A stretch of 64,000 nucleotides of DNA from positions 17,236,001 to 17,300,000 of the forward strand of contig NC_047069.1 of NCBI RefSeq assembly GCF_902459465.1, read 5' to 3'. Under the pieces are notes generated by a model. The model was not told where the DNA came from, ran no database searches, and saw only the letters and a program-made list of their open reading frames with translations. The position numbers and the translations under genes were made by a program. Shown here piece by piece: positions 11,821-23,273 of the stretch (positions within the stretch are counted from its first letter, which is position 1; each line of letters starts with the position of its first letter). This DNA is from Asterias rubens. Lineage: Eukaryota.

Positions 11821-12526
11821 AATTGCCATGTAGACTGGGATCGCGTCCAAATTTCAGATACAACCTGGTTCAAGTCCCACTCAGTCAGTTTTCCATGCGG
11901 TTTTTTTCTATTTGTAGTTCAAATAGTACTGTTTTTGTATGTCGCCCCCAATCTTGAAGAAAGAATGCACTTAAGATTTGTGAGAAAAATCAAAGGAACA
12001 CCAAAGGAAGTGGGTTCAACAAGGAGATTCTGCCCCCCCCCCCCTCTCTCCTCCAATACGGCGAACTGTGTACAAACTACTTCTGATAGCGCCCTCTTTT
12101 GAAACATCCTCTTTAGCCCCTGTTAGTTTTTTTTTAAATGGGTGACAGAATCTTTGGCCGACCGATTTCCCTGGGACACCGGGCCCGTATTGGATAAGGC
12201 TCGGCTCCTGCTTTCTGTTTGTTCAATGCTCGAAGAGAATGTTGCATGCAGAAGAACGTAGTGCGAATTGGGTGAATCTGCCCCAAGACCATCATCAATC
12301 CGATTGGTATATTGACAATCTCATTTCAACCGGAGTGTGTTTCGGTTACTGTTAACTGTTTCTAGGACCAATATTCAACAAATGGAAAGTTTTTGTAAAT
12401 AATTATTGTCGTCATCGAAAATCAAGACATATGACTAATTTAATGTTGGGCAATTGCCTATACTGGCTATGTGTCTGAGGAAAATACCAATTGGAGGGAA
12501 TCGTTTTGTGTGCGTAAACCTTTATA

Positions 12527-12536
12527 GGAAATCCCC
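12527..12536 (-). promoter_or_regulatory. NF-kappaB consensus site (GGGGATTTCC), cassette 1 promoter
   Basis: GGAAATCCCC on plus strand; fits GGGRNNYYCC; same position as the site in unit 2. Confidence 0.55.
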
Positions 12537-12745
12537 CCGCGTGTACACCCCATGGCTAAGTTTGGCTCTGCTTACCGCCCAATTATGCACGTACGATTCA
12601 CCGCTTATTATACTAGATTCAAGTTCTTGGGATAGGCCTATACATGGCTGCATGAGCTAAAATCATACGCATTGTGACCATTTTGAAAACGGTACATAAT
12701 TCAAAAGCGCTCGAACGAGATTGGTTGAGTGACCTTTCGCCCTAA

Positions 12746-12755
12746 CCAGGAAGTG
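12746..12755 (+). promoter_or_regulatory. Ets-family site CCAGGAAGTG (also 15281-15290 and 18685-18694)
   Basis: Identical in all three cassettes, ~140 bp upstream of each ATG. Confidence 0.55.
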
Positions 12756-12891
12756 CGGCACCATAAGATGAGTATTTTATTCGATTACAAGCAGTATAGA
12801 GTTTGTCATTCATGCTGCACGAGTTCAGCACAACTATCTGAACTAATACCGTGCAATAAACAGACTTATAGTGATCTGCATAGAGGCAACT

Positions 12892-12958
12892 ATGAAGTCA
12901 CAAATTCTTAGCTTATACTGTGATTCACGTCTCATTGCTTTGCTTATTTTTCTTGAAG
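12892..12958 (+). CDS. RTK variable cassette 1, signal-peptide exon (MKSQILSLYCDSRLIALLIFLE-G)
   Basis: ATG, hydrophobic core, donor AAG|GTAAGC; 67 nt, phase 1, matches the V1 acceptor. Confidence 0.85.
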
Positions 12959-13562
12959 GTAAGCTTGACATTATTTATAATTATAAGTTCATTGGTAAAA
13001 CTCAATTACCTATTTTGTTCAACCGCAAATAGTTTAAAAAACTTTTACCCACAGTTGAGTTTCCCTTGTGGTTTATTACTTAATATTTAATTTACAATAA
13101 AAACAGTTTGAAATTCATTTCAATTAAATCCTATGTCAAATAGGTCAAACAACAAGATCAGAACCAGAAAAAGTGCACAATATTTGGAAGCAGATAATTA
13201 ATGTACGACAATGACAACCGATTACAATCGTAAACATTCGTAAACAAAGCCTTTAAATACGTTTACCTGTGCTGTGTGTCCATACGGACCCACTTTCATG
13301 GTCAAACATAATGGCTTTAAGGCGGAATTTTGAATAACGGTTCATTGATAAAAGCAGATATTATTACAAAAACAACCACATCGAGCAATTTATTGTTGAT
13401 TTTCCTATACGAAGTAATACTAGTAATTAATCAACATAATAATGTAGGGGAGCTTTTTCAAGCCCTCTTAAAAACAATTTGCCGTAAAACGATAATTAAA
13501 AAAAAAGGGGAGCAAACAAAATAAGATTTTAAGCACGAAGCAATTGCCCTTGATTTTTGCAG

Positions 13563-13901
13563 GAGTTACTACACGGCCAGTTATTTCTGGCGAAGCATGG
13601 GCAGATATTGGAATGGACACCGTCTTGACATGCTCACCTGGAGATGGAACGTTATTACAAGTTAGATGGAGAGATAGCAGCTTCAACAATGATGATATTG
13701 ACAACACGATCACTATAGCGAGAGTTGTGTTAGCAACTGGGGATCTCATCAACAGAGATGAGACGCATTATGGATTTGATCCAAATGATCCTTTGTATCC
13801 ATTAACAATAAAACAAGTGACATTGGATGATGAGGCTAAGTACTGGTGTCAGGTGTACATTGCTGGTTTTATACATGACACAAAGGAAATGCGAATAAGA
13901 G
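13563..13901 (+). CDS. RTK variable cassette 1, V-type Ig exon
   Basis: TTTTGCAG acceptor; C..W..LTI.QV.LDDEAKYWC V-set motif; AG|GTAGGA donor; 339 nt, phase 1-1. Confidence 0.92.
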
Positions 13902-14630
13902 GTAGGAACCCAGCTATCAAATATCATTTTAATGCACATTATGTTACCATAGAAATGAAACAACTATATATGGAATTGCTACAGGAGTGTTACCTATAAT
14001 TTTATATCAGAATGCAAAGTCTCTGTCTCTTTATTCAAAGTCTATTGCGGTTAAAGCCACAGGCGTGAACCTGGCTGCAGGTGGACTGGCAAAACTCTCT
14101 AGACTTGGAGAACTGCCTAAAGAATTAACAACATATTCATGTGGAACAGTATACCTTATTATTCGTCATGCATGCTGATTGTCTAAAGTGAGTACAACGC
14201 AATGTTCCACTCAGCATACTCCCCTCATTACAACGAATGTCATTTTCTTTTCAAAAGAGAAGTGACTGGACTTTTGCCCAAAATGATCAAGAGAGCATTT
14301 TGTCATCTTCACAAAAATAATGTAGCGGAAATGCACCTGACGAACATGTGACACCAAAAATTTAACTTCTATGTTTTTGCTCCATTTTTATAAGGTGGGT
14401 CATGGAGCAAGGTCATGCGGCTATCTCCCGTACGATTGACTTTCTTTCACAAAGAGTGATGATTTATTCTACCTCAACCATACAAAAACAAAAAGTACAT
14501 AACAAGGCACAATAAAGAAAATCAAATCGAAACAGGAAAAACAAAAGAAAAGATACCCTTCCTTAATATAATCATTGAATCTCCTTTAAAACTATTGGGA
14601 ACTTCCGTATACAAACTTCTGCTTCAAGGA

Positions 14631-15017
14631 TTAAAGGCAGTGGACACTATTGGTAATTGTCAAAGACTAGCCTTCACAGTTGGTGTATCTCAACACATGC
14701 ATAAAATAACTAAACTGTGAAAATTTGAGCTCAATCGGTCATCAAAGTTGCGAGATAATAGTGAAAGAAGAAAACACCCTAGTCACACGAAGTTGGGTGC
14801 GTTTAGATGGTTGATTTCGAGACCTCGAGTTCTAAACTTGAGGTCTCGAAATCAAATTCGTGGAAAATTACTTCTATCTAGAAAACTACTCCACTTCAAA
14901 GGGAGCCGTTTCTCACAATGTTTTGTACTGCCAACCTCTCCCCATTACTCTTTACCAAGTGAGGTTTAATGGTAATAACTATTTTGAGTAATTACCAATA
15001 GTGTCCACTGCCTTTAA
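14631..15017. mobile_element. Complete Kolobok-like family A MITE at the unit 1/unit 2 junction
   Basis: TTAA-AGGCAGTGGACAC...GTGTCCACTGCCT-TTAA. Confidence 0.9.
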
Positions 15018-15078
15018 TATTCAACTGAAGGAAAAATACCAATTGGAGGGAATCGTTTTGTGTGTGTGAATGTTTATA

Positions 15079-15088
15079 GGGAATTCCC
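15079..15088. promoter_or_regulatory. Palindromic NF-kappaB consensus site (GGGAATTCCC), cassette 2 promoter
   Basis: Exact motif at the homologous position, ~350 bp upstream of the ATG. Confidence 0.55.
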
Positions 15089-15427
15089 CCGCGTGTACAC
15101 ATGGCCAAATATTTGGCTATGCATAACGCCGAATTATGCACGTACGATTCACCGCTTACTTGATTCAAGTTTGTGGGATATAGGCCTATAAAACGCATTG
15201 TGCCCATTTTGAAGAAAAAAAAATTAAGGTACAATTCAAAAGCGCTCGAACGAGATTGATTAGATGACCTTTAACCCTTACCAGGAAGTGCGGCACCATA
15301 CATTAGTTTTGTATTCGATTAAAAGCAATAGTATAGAGTTTGTCATTGCTGCACGAGTTCAGCACAACTATCTGAACTACAAAACCGTGCAATTAACAGA
15401 CTTATAGTGATCTGCATAGAGGCAAAA

Positions 15428-15491
15428 ATGAAGTCACAAATTCTTAGCCACTGTGATTCACGTCTCATTGTTTTGCTCATGTTTCTTGAAG
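15428..15491 (+). CDS. RTK variable cassette 2, signal-peptide exon (MKSQILSHCDSRLIVLLMFLE-G)
   Basis: 64 nt, phase 1, GTAAGC donor. Confidence 0.85.
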
Positions 15492-16020
15492 GTAAGCGTG
15501 ACACTATTTACAATTATAAGTACATTTGTAAAATTCAATAACCGCAAATAGTTTCAAAAAGTTAACCAGTGAGTTTCCCTTGTTGATTATTACTTAATAT
15601 CTTATTTACAATGACTACAATTTGAAATTCATTTCAATTAAATCAATGCGTCAAAAAGGTGTCACAAGATCAGACAAAAATGTACGATAATGACAATCGA
15701 TTGCAATCGTAAACATTCGCCTTTAAATACATTTACGTGTGCTGTGTGTCCATACAGATCCACTTGCTGGTCAATCAACATATTAGGCTTTAAGGCGGAA
15801 TTTTGAATAACAGTTCATTGATGAAAGCAGATATTAATACAAAAACAACAACATCGAGCAATTTATTTTTGGATTTTCTCATGCCAAGTAATACTGGTTT
15901 TTAAAACGACAAATAATTTGTATGGGTAGCTTTTTCAAGCCCCATTAAAAACAATTTGCCGTAAAACGATAGTTAAAAAAAGGGGGGAACGAAAAAGATT
16001 TAAAGCATAAGGCAAGTGTC

Positions 16021-16196
16021 TTAGGCCCTTTTCGAAACCACGGCTTCGGCTTTGGATTCGGCTTCAGGCTCCATCCTGTCGTCTGAAGCCCTGGGCGCGT
16101 ACGCAAAGCACGCGCAAATTGTCAAAACAACCGAGGGGCCAATCTAGCCTGAGCCGAATCCAAAGCCAAAGGCGTGGTTTCAAAAAGGGTCTTAAA
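16021..16196. mobile_element. Harbinger/Tourist-like palindromic MITE with TTA target duplication
   Basis: TIR GGCCCTTTTCGAAACCACGG..; absent at the homologous site of unit 3 (GTGTCTTAGAGAG). Confidence 0.75.
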
Positions 16197-16215
16197 GAGC
16201 CGTTGATTTTTGCAG

Positions 16216-16554
16216 GAGTTACTGCACAGCCAGTTATTTCTGGAGATACATGGGCAGATATTGGCTTGGACACCAGTTTGTCATGCTCACCAGGAGATGC
16301 AATATTACTACTGAGATGGGGAGATGGCAGCTTGAACAATGATAATATTTCAAGCATGTCTACTATAGTGAGAGTGGTGATACCAACTGGGGATCTCATA
16401 AATAGAGATGAGACGCATTATGGATTTGATCCAAATGATCCTTTGTATCCATTAACAATAAAACAAGTGACATTGGATGATGAGGCTAAGTACTGGTGTG
16501 AGGTGTTCGTTGGTGGTGTTTACAGAGATGACACAAAGGAAATGCGAATAAGAG
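16216..16554 (+). CDS. RTK variable cassette 2, V-type Ig exon
   Basis: 339 nt, phase 1-1; same splice contexts as V1. Confidence 0.92.
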
Positions 16555-17004
16555 GTAGGAGCTCAACTATCAGATTTGTGATGTGGATTGCTACAGGAGG
16601 GTTACCTATAAGTCAGAATGCAAAGTCTCTGTCTCTTTATTAAAAATCAATTGCGGTAGTCTCTGTCTCTTTATTAAAAGTCAATTGCGGTTAAAGCCAC
16701 AGGCGTAAACCTTGCTGCAGGTGGACTGGCAAAACTCTCTGGACTTGGAGAATTGCCTAGCAGATTCATGTGGTACAAAGGCCTACCTTATTATTCGTCA
16801 TGCATGCTGATTGTCTGAAGTGAAGTAAAACGCAATGTTCCACTCACCATACTCCCCTCATTACACCGAATGGCATTTTCCTTTCAAAGAGAAGTGACTG
16901 GACTTTTGTCCAAAATGTTCAAGAGAGCATTTTGTCATCTTCACAAAAATAATGTGGCGTATAAATGCATGTGACGAACATGTGACAGTAAAGATTTAAC
17001 TTCT

Positions 17005-17172
17005 CTTGTTGTGATTGTTGGGGTTGAACAAAGAATTGACTAGAATTGGATTCGAGCCAACGACCTCCGGATTAACGTGCCGGCGCTCTACCAACTGAGA
17101 TATCTAACCCTATGTTGGCGGTGTCCCTATTTTGTCAATGTCTTTGTTCGGGGTGCCAGTCAGAAGCCATTC
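17005..17172 (-). mobile_element. tRNA-derived SINE inserted in unit 2 only
   Basis: Reverse complement carries TCAGTTGGTAGAGCGCCGGCACG (A-box) and GGCTCGAATCC (B-box); absent at the matching site in unit 1 (~14370); a related copy lies at ~55585-55735. Confidence 0.75.
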
Positions 17173-17574
17173 TCTTATTTTGCTCCGTTTTTATAAGGTG
17201 GGTCATGGAGCAAGGTCATGCGTCTATCTCCCGTACGATTGAGTTTTTCTCAAAACAGTGATGATTTATTCGACCTCAACCATACAAAAACTAAAAGTAC
17301 ATAACAAGGCAAAACGAAGAAAATCGAATCGATCTGGAAAAAACAAAAACAAAGCAAAAAATAACCTTCCGTAGTATAATCATTGAATCTTCTTTAAACC
17401 ATTGAACTTCCGTATACAAAATTCTGCTTCTAATATTCAACAAATGAAAAGTTTCTGTAAATAATATTTGTCCTCATCGAACATCAAAACGTTAGTCATT
17501 AGTTGGGCAATTGCCCATACTGGCTATGTGTCTGAGGAAATTGGAGGGAACCGTTTTGTGTGTGTGCGCTTCAT

Positions 17575-17880
17575 ATCTGCTTATGTTCCTTCAAGTTACG
17601 CTATAATACCAAAAGGTACGCTTTCAATCCCATGTCAAGTTACGCTTACGTTCCAAGATACGCAGCTACGAATTACGTTCCAAGATATGCTTACGCTCCA
17701 AAAGATACTGTTACGTTCCAAGCTACGCAGCTACTCAGCTACGCTTATACACTCCAAGATACGTTTAGGTTACGCTACAATATCAAAAAGTACGCTTTCA
17801 ATCCCGAGTCAAGCTACGCTTACGTTCCAAGATCTGCAGCTACGGTTACGTTTCAAAATACATTCTCACAAAGACGCTTT
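17575..17880. repeat. Degenerate TACGC/CAAG tandem repeat block inserted in the unit 3 promoter
   Basis: Repeated TTACGCT..TTCCAAGA units and an internal duplication (~175 bp period). Confidence 0.8.
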
Positions 17881-18827
17881 TGAATCCCTCAAGATTTCCT
17901 TCCCCCAAGATTAAAAAACTTTCACTGTGAATAACACTACAGGGCCCACCAGTTAACATCTGTTTGGCAGAAAATACTGTACAAAATTGCTTTACTATCC
18001 AAAAATTTAGGTGGGCACTAGGCATAAGTCTACAACATTTCAAATTTAATTAAAAATTGGCTGGTCACCAGTTTCTTCTAAGCAATACTATTTTGTGCTA
18101 ACTATAAGCAAATTGTTTAGCCAATACAGGCTTCATCAGTGTGGGCCCTGGCACGTCGGGAGCATAACGCCACGATCGCATTTCAAGCTGCATCGTGGCA
18201 ATGCAGTAGTCTGGATCTGGATATTATACATAGAAAGGTTTGTGGTGGTACCGCAAACCTTTCTTTATCGTATTTCCACCATGTGGCAAAGTTTCAAATC
18301 CTACTGATCTGGACATTATTATACTCCGATAAAAACATATACCCACACACACATGCAGAGTATAGCAAAAGTCATGCAACGCAATTACTGCATGCATTGT
18401 ACACTGCATGCGCAACACTGATGAATTATTCATGAGCCAACCGCAACGCAGCCACTGTTTGGCTCCACCGGAAAGTCGGGGGAGATTTGCCGAAAAACAA
18501 TAAAAAAGTTAAGACCCGTCGTTGCAAATGTCCTAGACCTTGGTGAGCACAGGAAATCAGAGAAACAGAGCGCCCGCTAGCGTTCGTTCATTACAAGCGT
18601 GTACAGTTTTTGCCGTGCATAATCGGAACGTTGGTTTTGTGTGACCACGCAACACCAATGGTCTAGGAACCTAGACTACCCTAACCAGGAAGTGCGGCAC
18701 CATAAAATAAGTATTTTATTCGATTACAAGCAGTATAGAGTTTGTCATTCATGCTGCACGAGTTCAGCACAACTATCTGAAAAACCGTGCAATTAACAGA
18801 CTTATAGTGATCTGCATAGTGGCGAAA

Positions 18828-18876
18828 ATGAAGTCACGTGATTCACGTCTCATTGTTTTGCTTCTTTTTCTTGAAG
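18828..18876 (+). CDS. RTK variable cassette 3, signal-peptide exon (MKSRDSRLIVLLLFLE-G)
   Basis: 49 nt, phase 1, GTAAGC donor; in-frame deletion relative to cassettes 1 and 2. Confidence 0.82.
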
Positions 18877-19325
18877 GTAAGCGTGACATTATTTACAATT
18901 ATAAAGGTAGGCCTACATTTGTAAAATTCAATTACTTTTTGTGTTGAACCGTAAATAATTTTTAAACAAATTACCCGGGTGAGTTTCCCTTGTGGTTTAT
19001 TACTTAATACTTTATTTACAATAACTACCATTTGAAATTCATTTCAATTAAATCCATGTGTCAATAAGGTCCCACAACAAGATCAGAACCAGAAAAGGTG
19101 TAATTGGAAGCAGATAATTAATGTACGACAATCACAACCGATTGCAATCGTAAACATTCGTAAACAAAGCTTTTACATACGTTATCCTCTGCTATGTGTA
19201 TGGACCAACTTTCAGGTCAATCAACATATCATGCGGAACTTTGTATAATGGGAAATTCATTATTTTAAAACAGCAATTTGTTCAAAAACAACAACATCGA
19301 GCATTGTTTTAAATTTTCTTTATAT

Positions 19326-20320
19326 ACTATAGGTTTTCTCGGTCAAATTCGGCAAATGAGCAGCCAATTTCATTTTCAGGCGCTCGAATTAAAGCTATTT
19401 TGCCTCTCCGGTTTTTACTGTGTTTCAAACTCAGAATTCGGTCATTCTATTTCGTTTTGAGGCATTCAAGTACCTAGCACACTCATTCTTTTTCATGACA
19501 CACAATCAACATTCAATTTAGCAAAGCTGGTTCGACTAGAGATTTTGCTGATTTAATCATTTTCAGTTTCGTAAAGAGGCAATTAATTTCGCTCACCGAG
19601 GATTCAAATAAGTACGACTAAAGAAATACGAATACATGTAAACAGAAAAACTGTGCAAACCGTTTCGTACTTTCACAGGTTCAAGATGGAATGCTCTCTT
19701 CAAAAAGGCGAAGTCGAGTTGAACACTAAAATCAATCTTTAAAAAACTGAAGAAAAAAAATTCTTTATTTTATGTTTCCAGTAGACTTTACCTTGGGTCC
19801 CACAAGGGTTGTTTTCTTCTTTATTTTTTCGGGAGACCTACAATGGTTAACTGACCAAGACCTGACATTTGAATAGGTTTGAATGGTTTTTTAGTTTTTT
19901 TTTAAATGTTTTTAAATATTCACCAACCATCTGTGTTGGCGTGCCAGACATCTTTGGCAAATTATGTTCAAGAGTGCCAAAACATTAACCGCATGCCTTT
20001 AACATTCGTATAAGGAAACAACAAGTTAACCAAGCGTTTCTAAGACTGCAAAACTATCAGAATTGACTGCCTCAAAATGAAATCGAATGACTAAACACGC
20101 GCCTCAAAAACACTCCTGAGAATTTGAATGCAGCTTCGATGAATTGTTAAATTGAATGATTATTTTGTTAACTCGAATTACGTAAAAGTAGAATTGACTA
20201 GTCTTAAAATGAAATCGAATTACCCTTTTTTAGAAGCATTCGATTTCGTGCGAAATAGAATAGGCTGGTGGTTAAATTGGCTGCTCATTTTTCCGAAATT
20301 GACCGAGAAAACCTATAGTA
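19326..20320. mobile_element. ~1-kb non-autonomous TIR DNA transposon in cassette 3 intron
   Basis: TIR CTATAGGTTTTCTCGGTCAA.TTCGG.AAATGAGCAGCCAATTT at both ends; empty site in units 1 and 2. Confidence 0.8.
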
Positions 20321-20465
20321 ATTAAAACGAAAATTAATTTGCAGTGCAGCTTTTTCAAGCCCCCTTAAAAACAATTTGCAGTAGAACGATACGTAAAAAG
20401 AAGAGGCAATGAATACGTTTTAAAGCACAAAGCAAGTGTCTTAGAGAGTTGTTTATATTTTGCAG

Positions 20466-20807
20466 GACTGACTGCACAGCCAGTTACTACTGGCGAAGCA
20501 TGGGCAGATATTGGCATGGACACCGTCTTGACATGCTCACCTGGAGATGAAATATTACAACTGAGATGGAGAGATAGCAGCTTGAACAATGATGATTATG
20601 ACAACACATCCATTATAGTGAGATTGGTGAAAGCGTCTGGGAGTCTCGTCAACAGAGATGACACACATTATGGATTTGATCCAACTGATCCTTCATATCC
20701 ATTAACAATAAAACAAGTGACATTGGATGATGAGGCTAAGTACTGGTGTGGGGTGATAGATGTTAATGGTTTTAACAAAGATGACGCAAAGGAAGTGCGA
20801 ATAAGAG
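20466..20807 (+). CDS. RTK variable cassette 3, V-type Ig exon
   Basis: 342 nt, phase 1-1; TTGCAG acceptor; AG|GTAGGA donor. Confidence 0.92.
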
Positions 20808-21212
20808 GTAGGAGCTCAACTATCTTTGTATCATTGTCATCTAGATGCTGAACAGGCTTTGATGAGAACCAACATAGCTGTAAAATGCACATGTGATACC
20901 ATGGTAATGAAAAATATTATGAAATTGCTACAGGAAGTTAGCTATAGGTTTGTATCAGAATGCAAAGGTCTCTTTATTCAAAGTCAATTGCGGTTAAGCC
21001 ACAGGCGTGAACCTGGCTACAGGTGGATTGACTTGGAGAAATGCCTAAAGAATAATATAACCGATTCATGTGGTACATAGTTTTGTTATTCGTCATGCAT
21101 GCTGATTGTCTAAAGTGAGTAAATCGCAAGGCGAACATTATTCCACACACTGATTCCCTCATTACACTGAATAACATTTTCATTTTAAAAGGGAAAAGAG
21201 AGCATTTTTGTC

Positions 21213-22165
21213 AGTCACCTGGAAGTGGTATTTTTTCAAAATAAAACTTTTACAGATTTGTGTTTTGATGAGTGGAATGTGAATAACAATTAACTAAGGT
21301 TCTAAAAAAAATCGTCCTCATTTTATAAATACAAATTTAAGAGTAGACCCCACCCGAGAGGGCGCTGTTTGTGACGTCAATCGAGGCGCGACATTTGAAG
21401 AGAAAATGTGTAGTCTGGGCTCCTTAAACTACGTCTGGGTACCTGATTGATCGGTATGATGCCTACGTACACAACTATGGCCACGGAGCAGACTGCTGCG
21501 CGCACTACGGATGCTGTGCATGCGGACGGTCCATGAATCGCAATTCTAAAAACATGCCCTCAAAGTTAAAACTTTTAGCCGAATTATTCACGTTTGGCAT
21601 ACGCTCTTCTAGGTTCGTCACGTCTTTCAGGTACCTTCTTTGATTTCTCACTCTTGAAAAGTTGTTGGGATGGCTTCATAATCTTTCTCTTCATGTCAAA
21701 TGTGTGGTGTATTCCGGATTCGAAGCACGACGGCTCGAAGTGTTCGCTGCACAGCGCTGGAAAAGACGTCGGCCCGGACCACTGTTGCTCTTGTTAGTCC
21801 GACTTTCGCGGCCCACAACCACCCATACTTTGTATCTGCAGGAAACACATGCAACTTAACCCCATCTTTGTTGTTTTGCTGCATCCAGCAGCAATACACC
21901 TGGTCTACATTGCCGGGAAAAAAGAAGAAAAAAAAACTTTTTTCGAAACGTACAAACTCACGACTTGGACCGCATGTACTTTGCACGTGTGTTTACTCTA
22001 TACGCCTTGTAGGCAACGCCTGCCTCGATTGACGTCACAAAAGGGGTAGGCGGAGTCAGCCCCAAACAACTTTATCTATTTTTTAAACTTATAAATCGTG
22101 ACAAACAATTACTTAAATTTTGTTTTATTGTCCATAAGCTTAATACTCTTATGTTTGAAAGATTT
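21213..22165. mobile_element. Kolobok-like element (AGTCACCTGGAA family), longer inverted relative of 29911-30489
   Basis: Shared arms with TGACGTCA and CCCGAGAGGGCGCTG motifs. Confidence 0.7.
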
Positions 22166-23273
22166 TTGTTTATAAAGACAACAACGCAGTAAAGGACTTG
22201 TTATAATATGGTTATAATATGGACAACTGCTCAGAGTGAGTGCACTGCAATGGCCTCCTTCAAAGAAGTTTTTAAGAGTGCGATAATGGGGGGGGGGGGG
22301 TTGTGTCAGCGATCAAGTACGACAAAATGCATGTACAGAACGGGCATGTTCAATACCCAACATAGCTCTTGTTAATGCACACCGGGCTCTGCACTGTGGC
22401 GACCACTTCTTTTTTGCGCTGCATGTGCTGTGTCATGTTTTGTTCTGGTAAAACATGTCGGCCATTTTTAATATGAGTTTCGTCTTTTGGGGTCTGTTCG
22501 AGTGCATCATTATGTCGTCAGGCCAAGAATGTTCGTGCAATAGTTTTTCGTGTGTTATTTTATTGTGTATTTAAAGATATTTATGCACAAACCACAACCT
22601 AATGAAGTTGGCAGCTTCACGAATGCCTGAATGAATTGTGTAGCGGGACGCTTTATTAAAACTTGGTCACTTCGCCATTTTGTGACTTTCCTGAGTAAAG
22701 TAGCTACATAAAACACCGTAGGGTTGATATTGCTGCTGTTCAAAGGTCACTGAACAGGGCCAGATAGAGTTTGCGATAAGGTTCTAAAATCCTCAGGGAA
22801 CTTTCTCCGGTTTTAAGGGACCGTTTTCAGTGGTGTTCCGTTCACAGTTCCTCAAAATTTGGAAAACTGCAGATGGCATTCCTGTTGCTAAAACTTGTAA
22901 ACCTAGAGTGCTTTGACGGATTGTTAAAGATTTCATTGTTGAGCAAACTTCATCTTTCATTGATCCCTTGCATTTTGCCGATTTCACATTTTTGCAAACT
23001 AATAAAACGCTCACTGAGCGATAAACTCCAAACGGTTTTTAGGTGAAAAAAGGCAACCAAACGCATGTGTACACATAGAATGGCCAGTTTGGACGAAAAT
23101 GGCATATCTATAGCAACTACGCGAACTGGCCCCTAGAAAACTGGACCCTTTTTTACGGAGTGGCGCAATAAGGCCTCGGTAAACTTGCATTTGGCCTGTT
23201 TTCACACCAGTGAATCGTTAGAATTAAACTATATCCAAGTCCATCACATTAATGTCTGTTTTTTAATTTCCAG

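Larger units (their letters stand above)
12370..14630 (+). repeat. Tandem segmental duplication unit 1 (promoter, signal exon, IgV exon, 3' intron)
   Basis: Colinear with 15014-17430 and 17431-21200; units join at ...GCTTC|TAATATTCAACAAATG. Confidence 0.9.
15014..17430 (+). repeat. Tandem segmental duplication unit 2
   Basis: Colinear with unit 1 apart from a MITE and a SINE insertion. Confidence 0.9.
17431..21200 (+). repeat. Tandem segmental duplication unit 3 (expanded by insertions)
   Basis: Same landmarks as units 1 and 2; ~1.1 kb of non-homologous sequence in the promoter and ~1 kb TIR element in the intron. Confidence 0.85.

Noticed and set aside
16119-16215. N-terminal extension of the V2 ORF
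   Set aside because: Derives from an intronic MITE upstream of the true acceptor at 16215.
17040-17110. tRNA genes (also 11390-11460, 32070-32135, 56905-56945, 63700-63790)
   Set aside because: Only A/B-box-like heads without a complete cloverleaf, embedded in SINE bodies.
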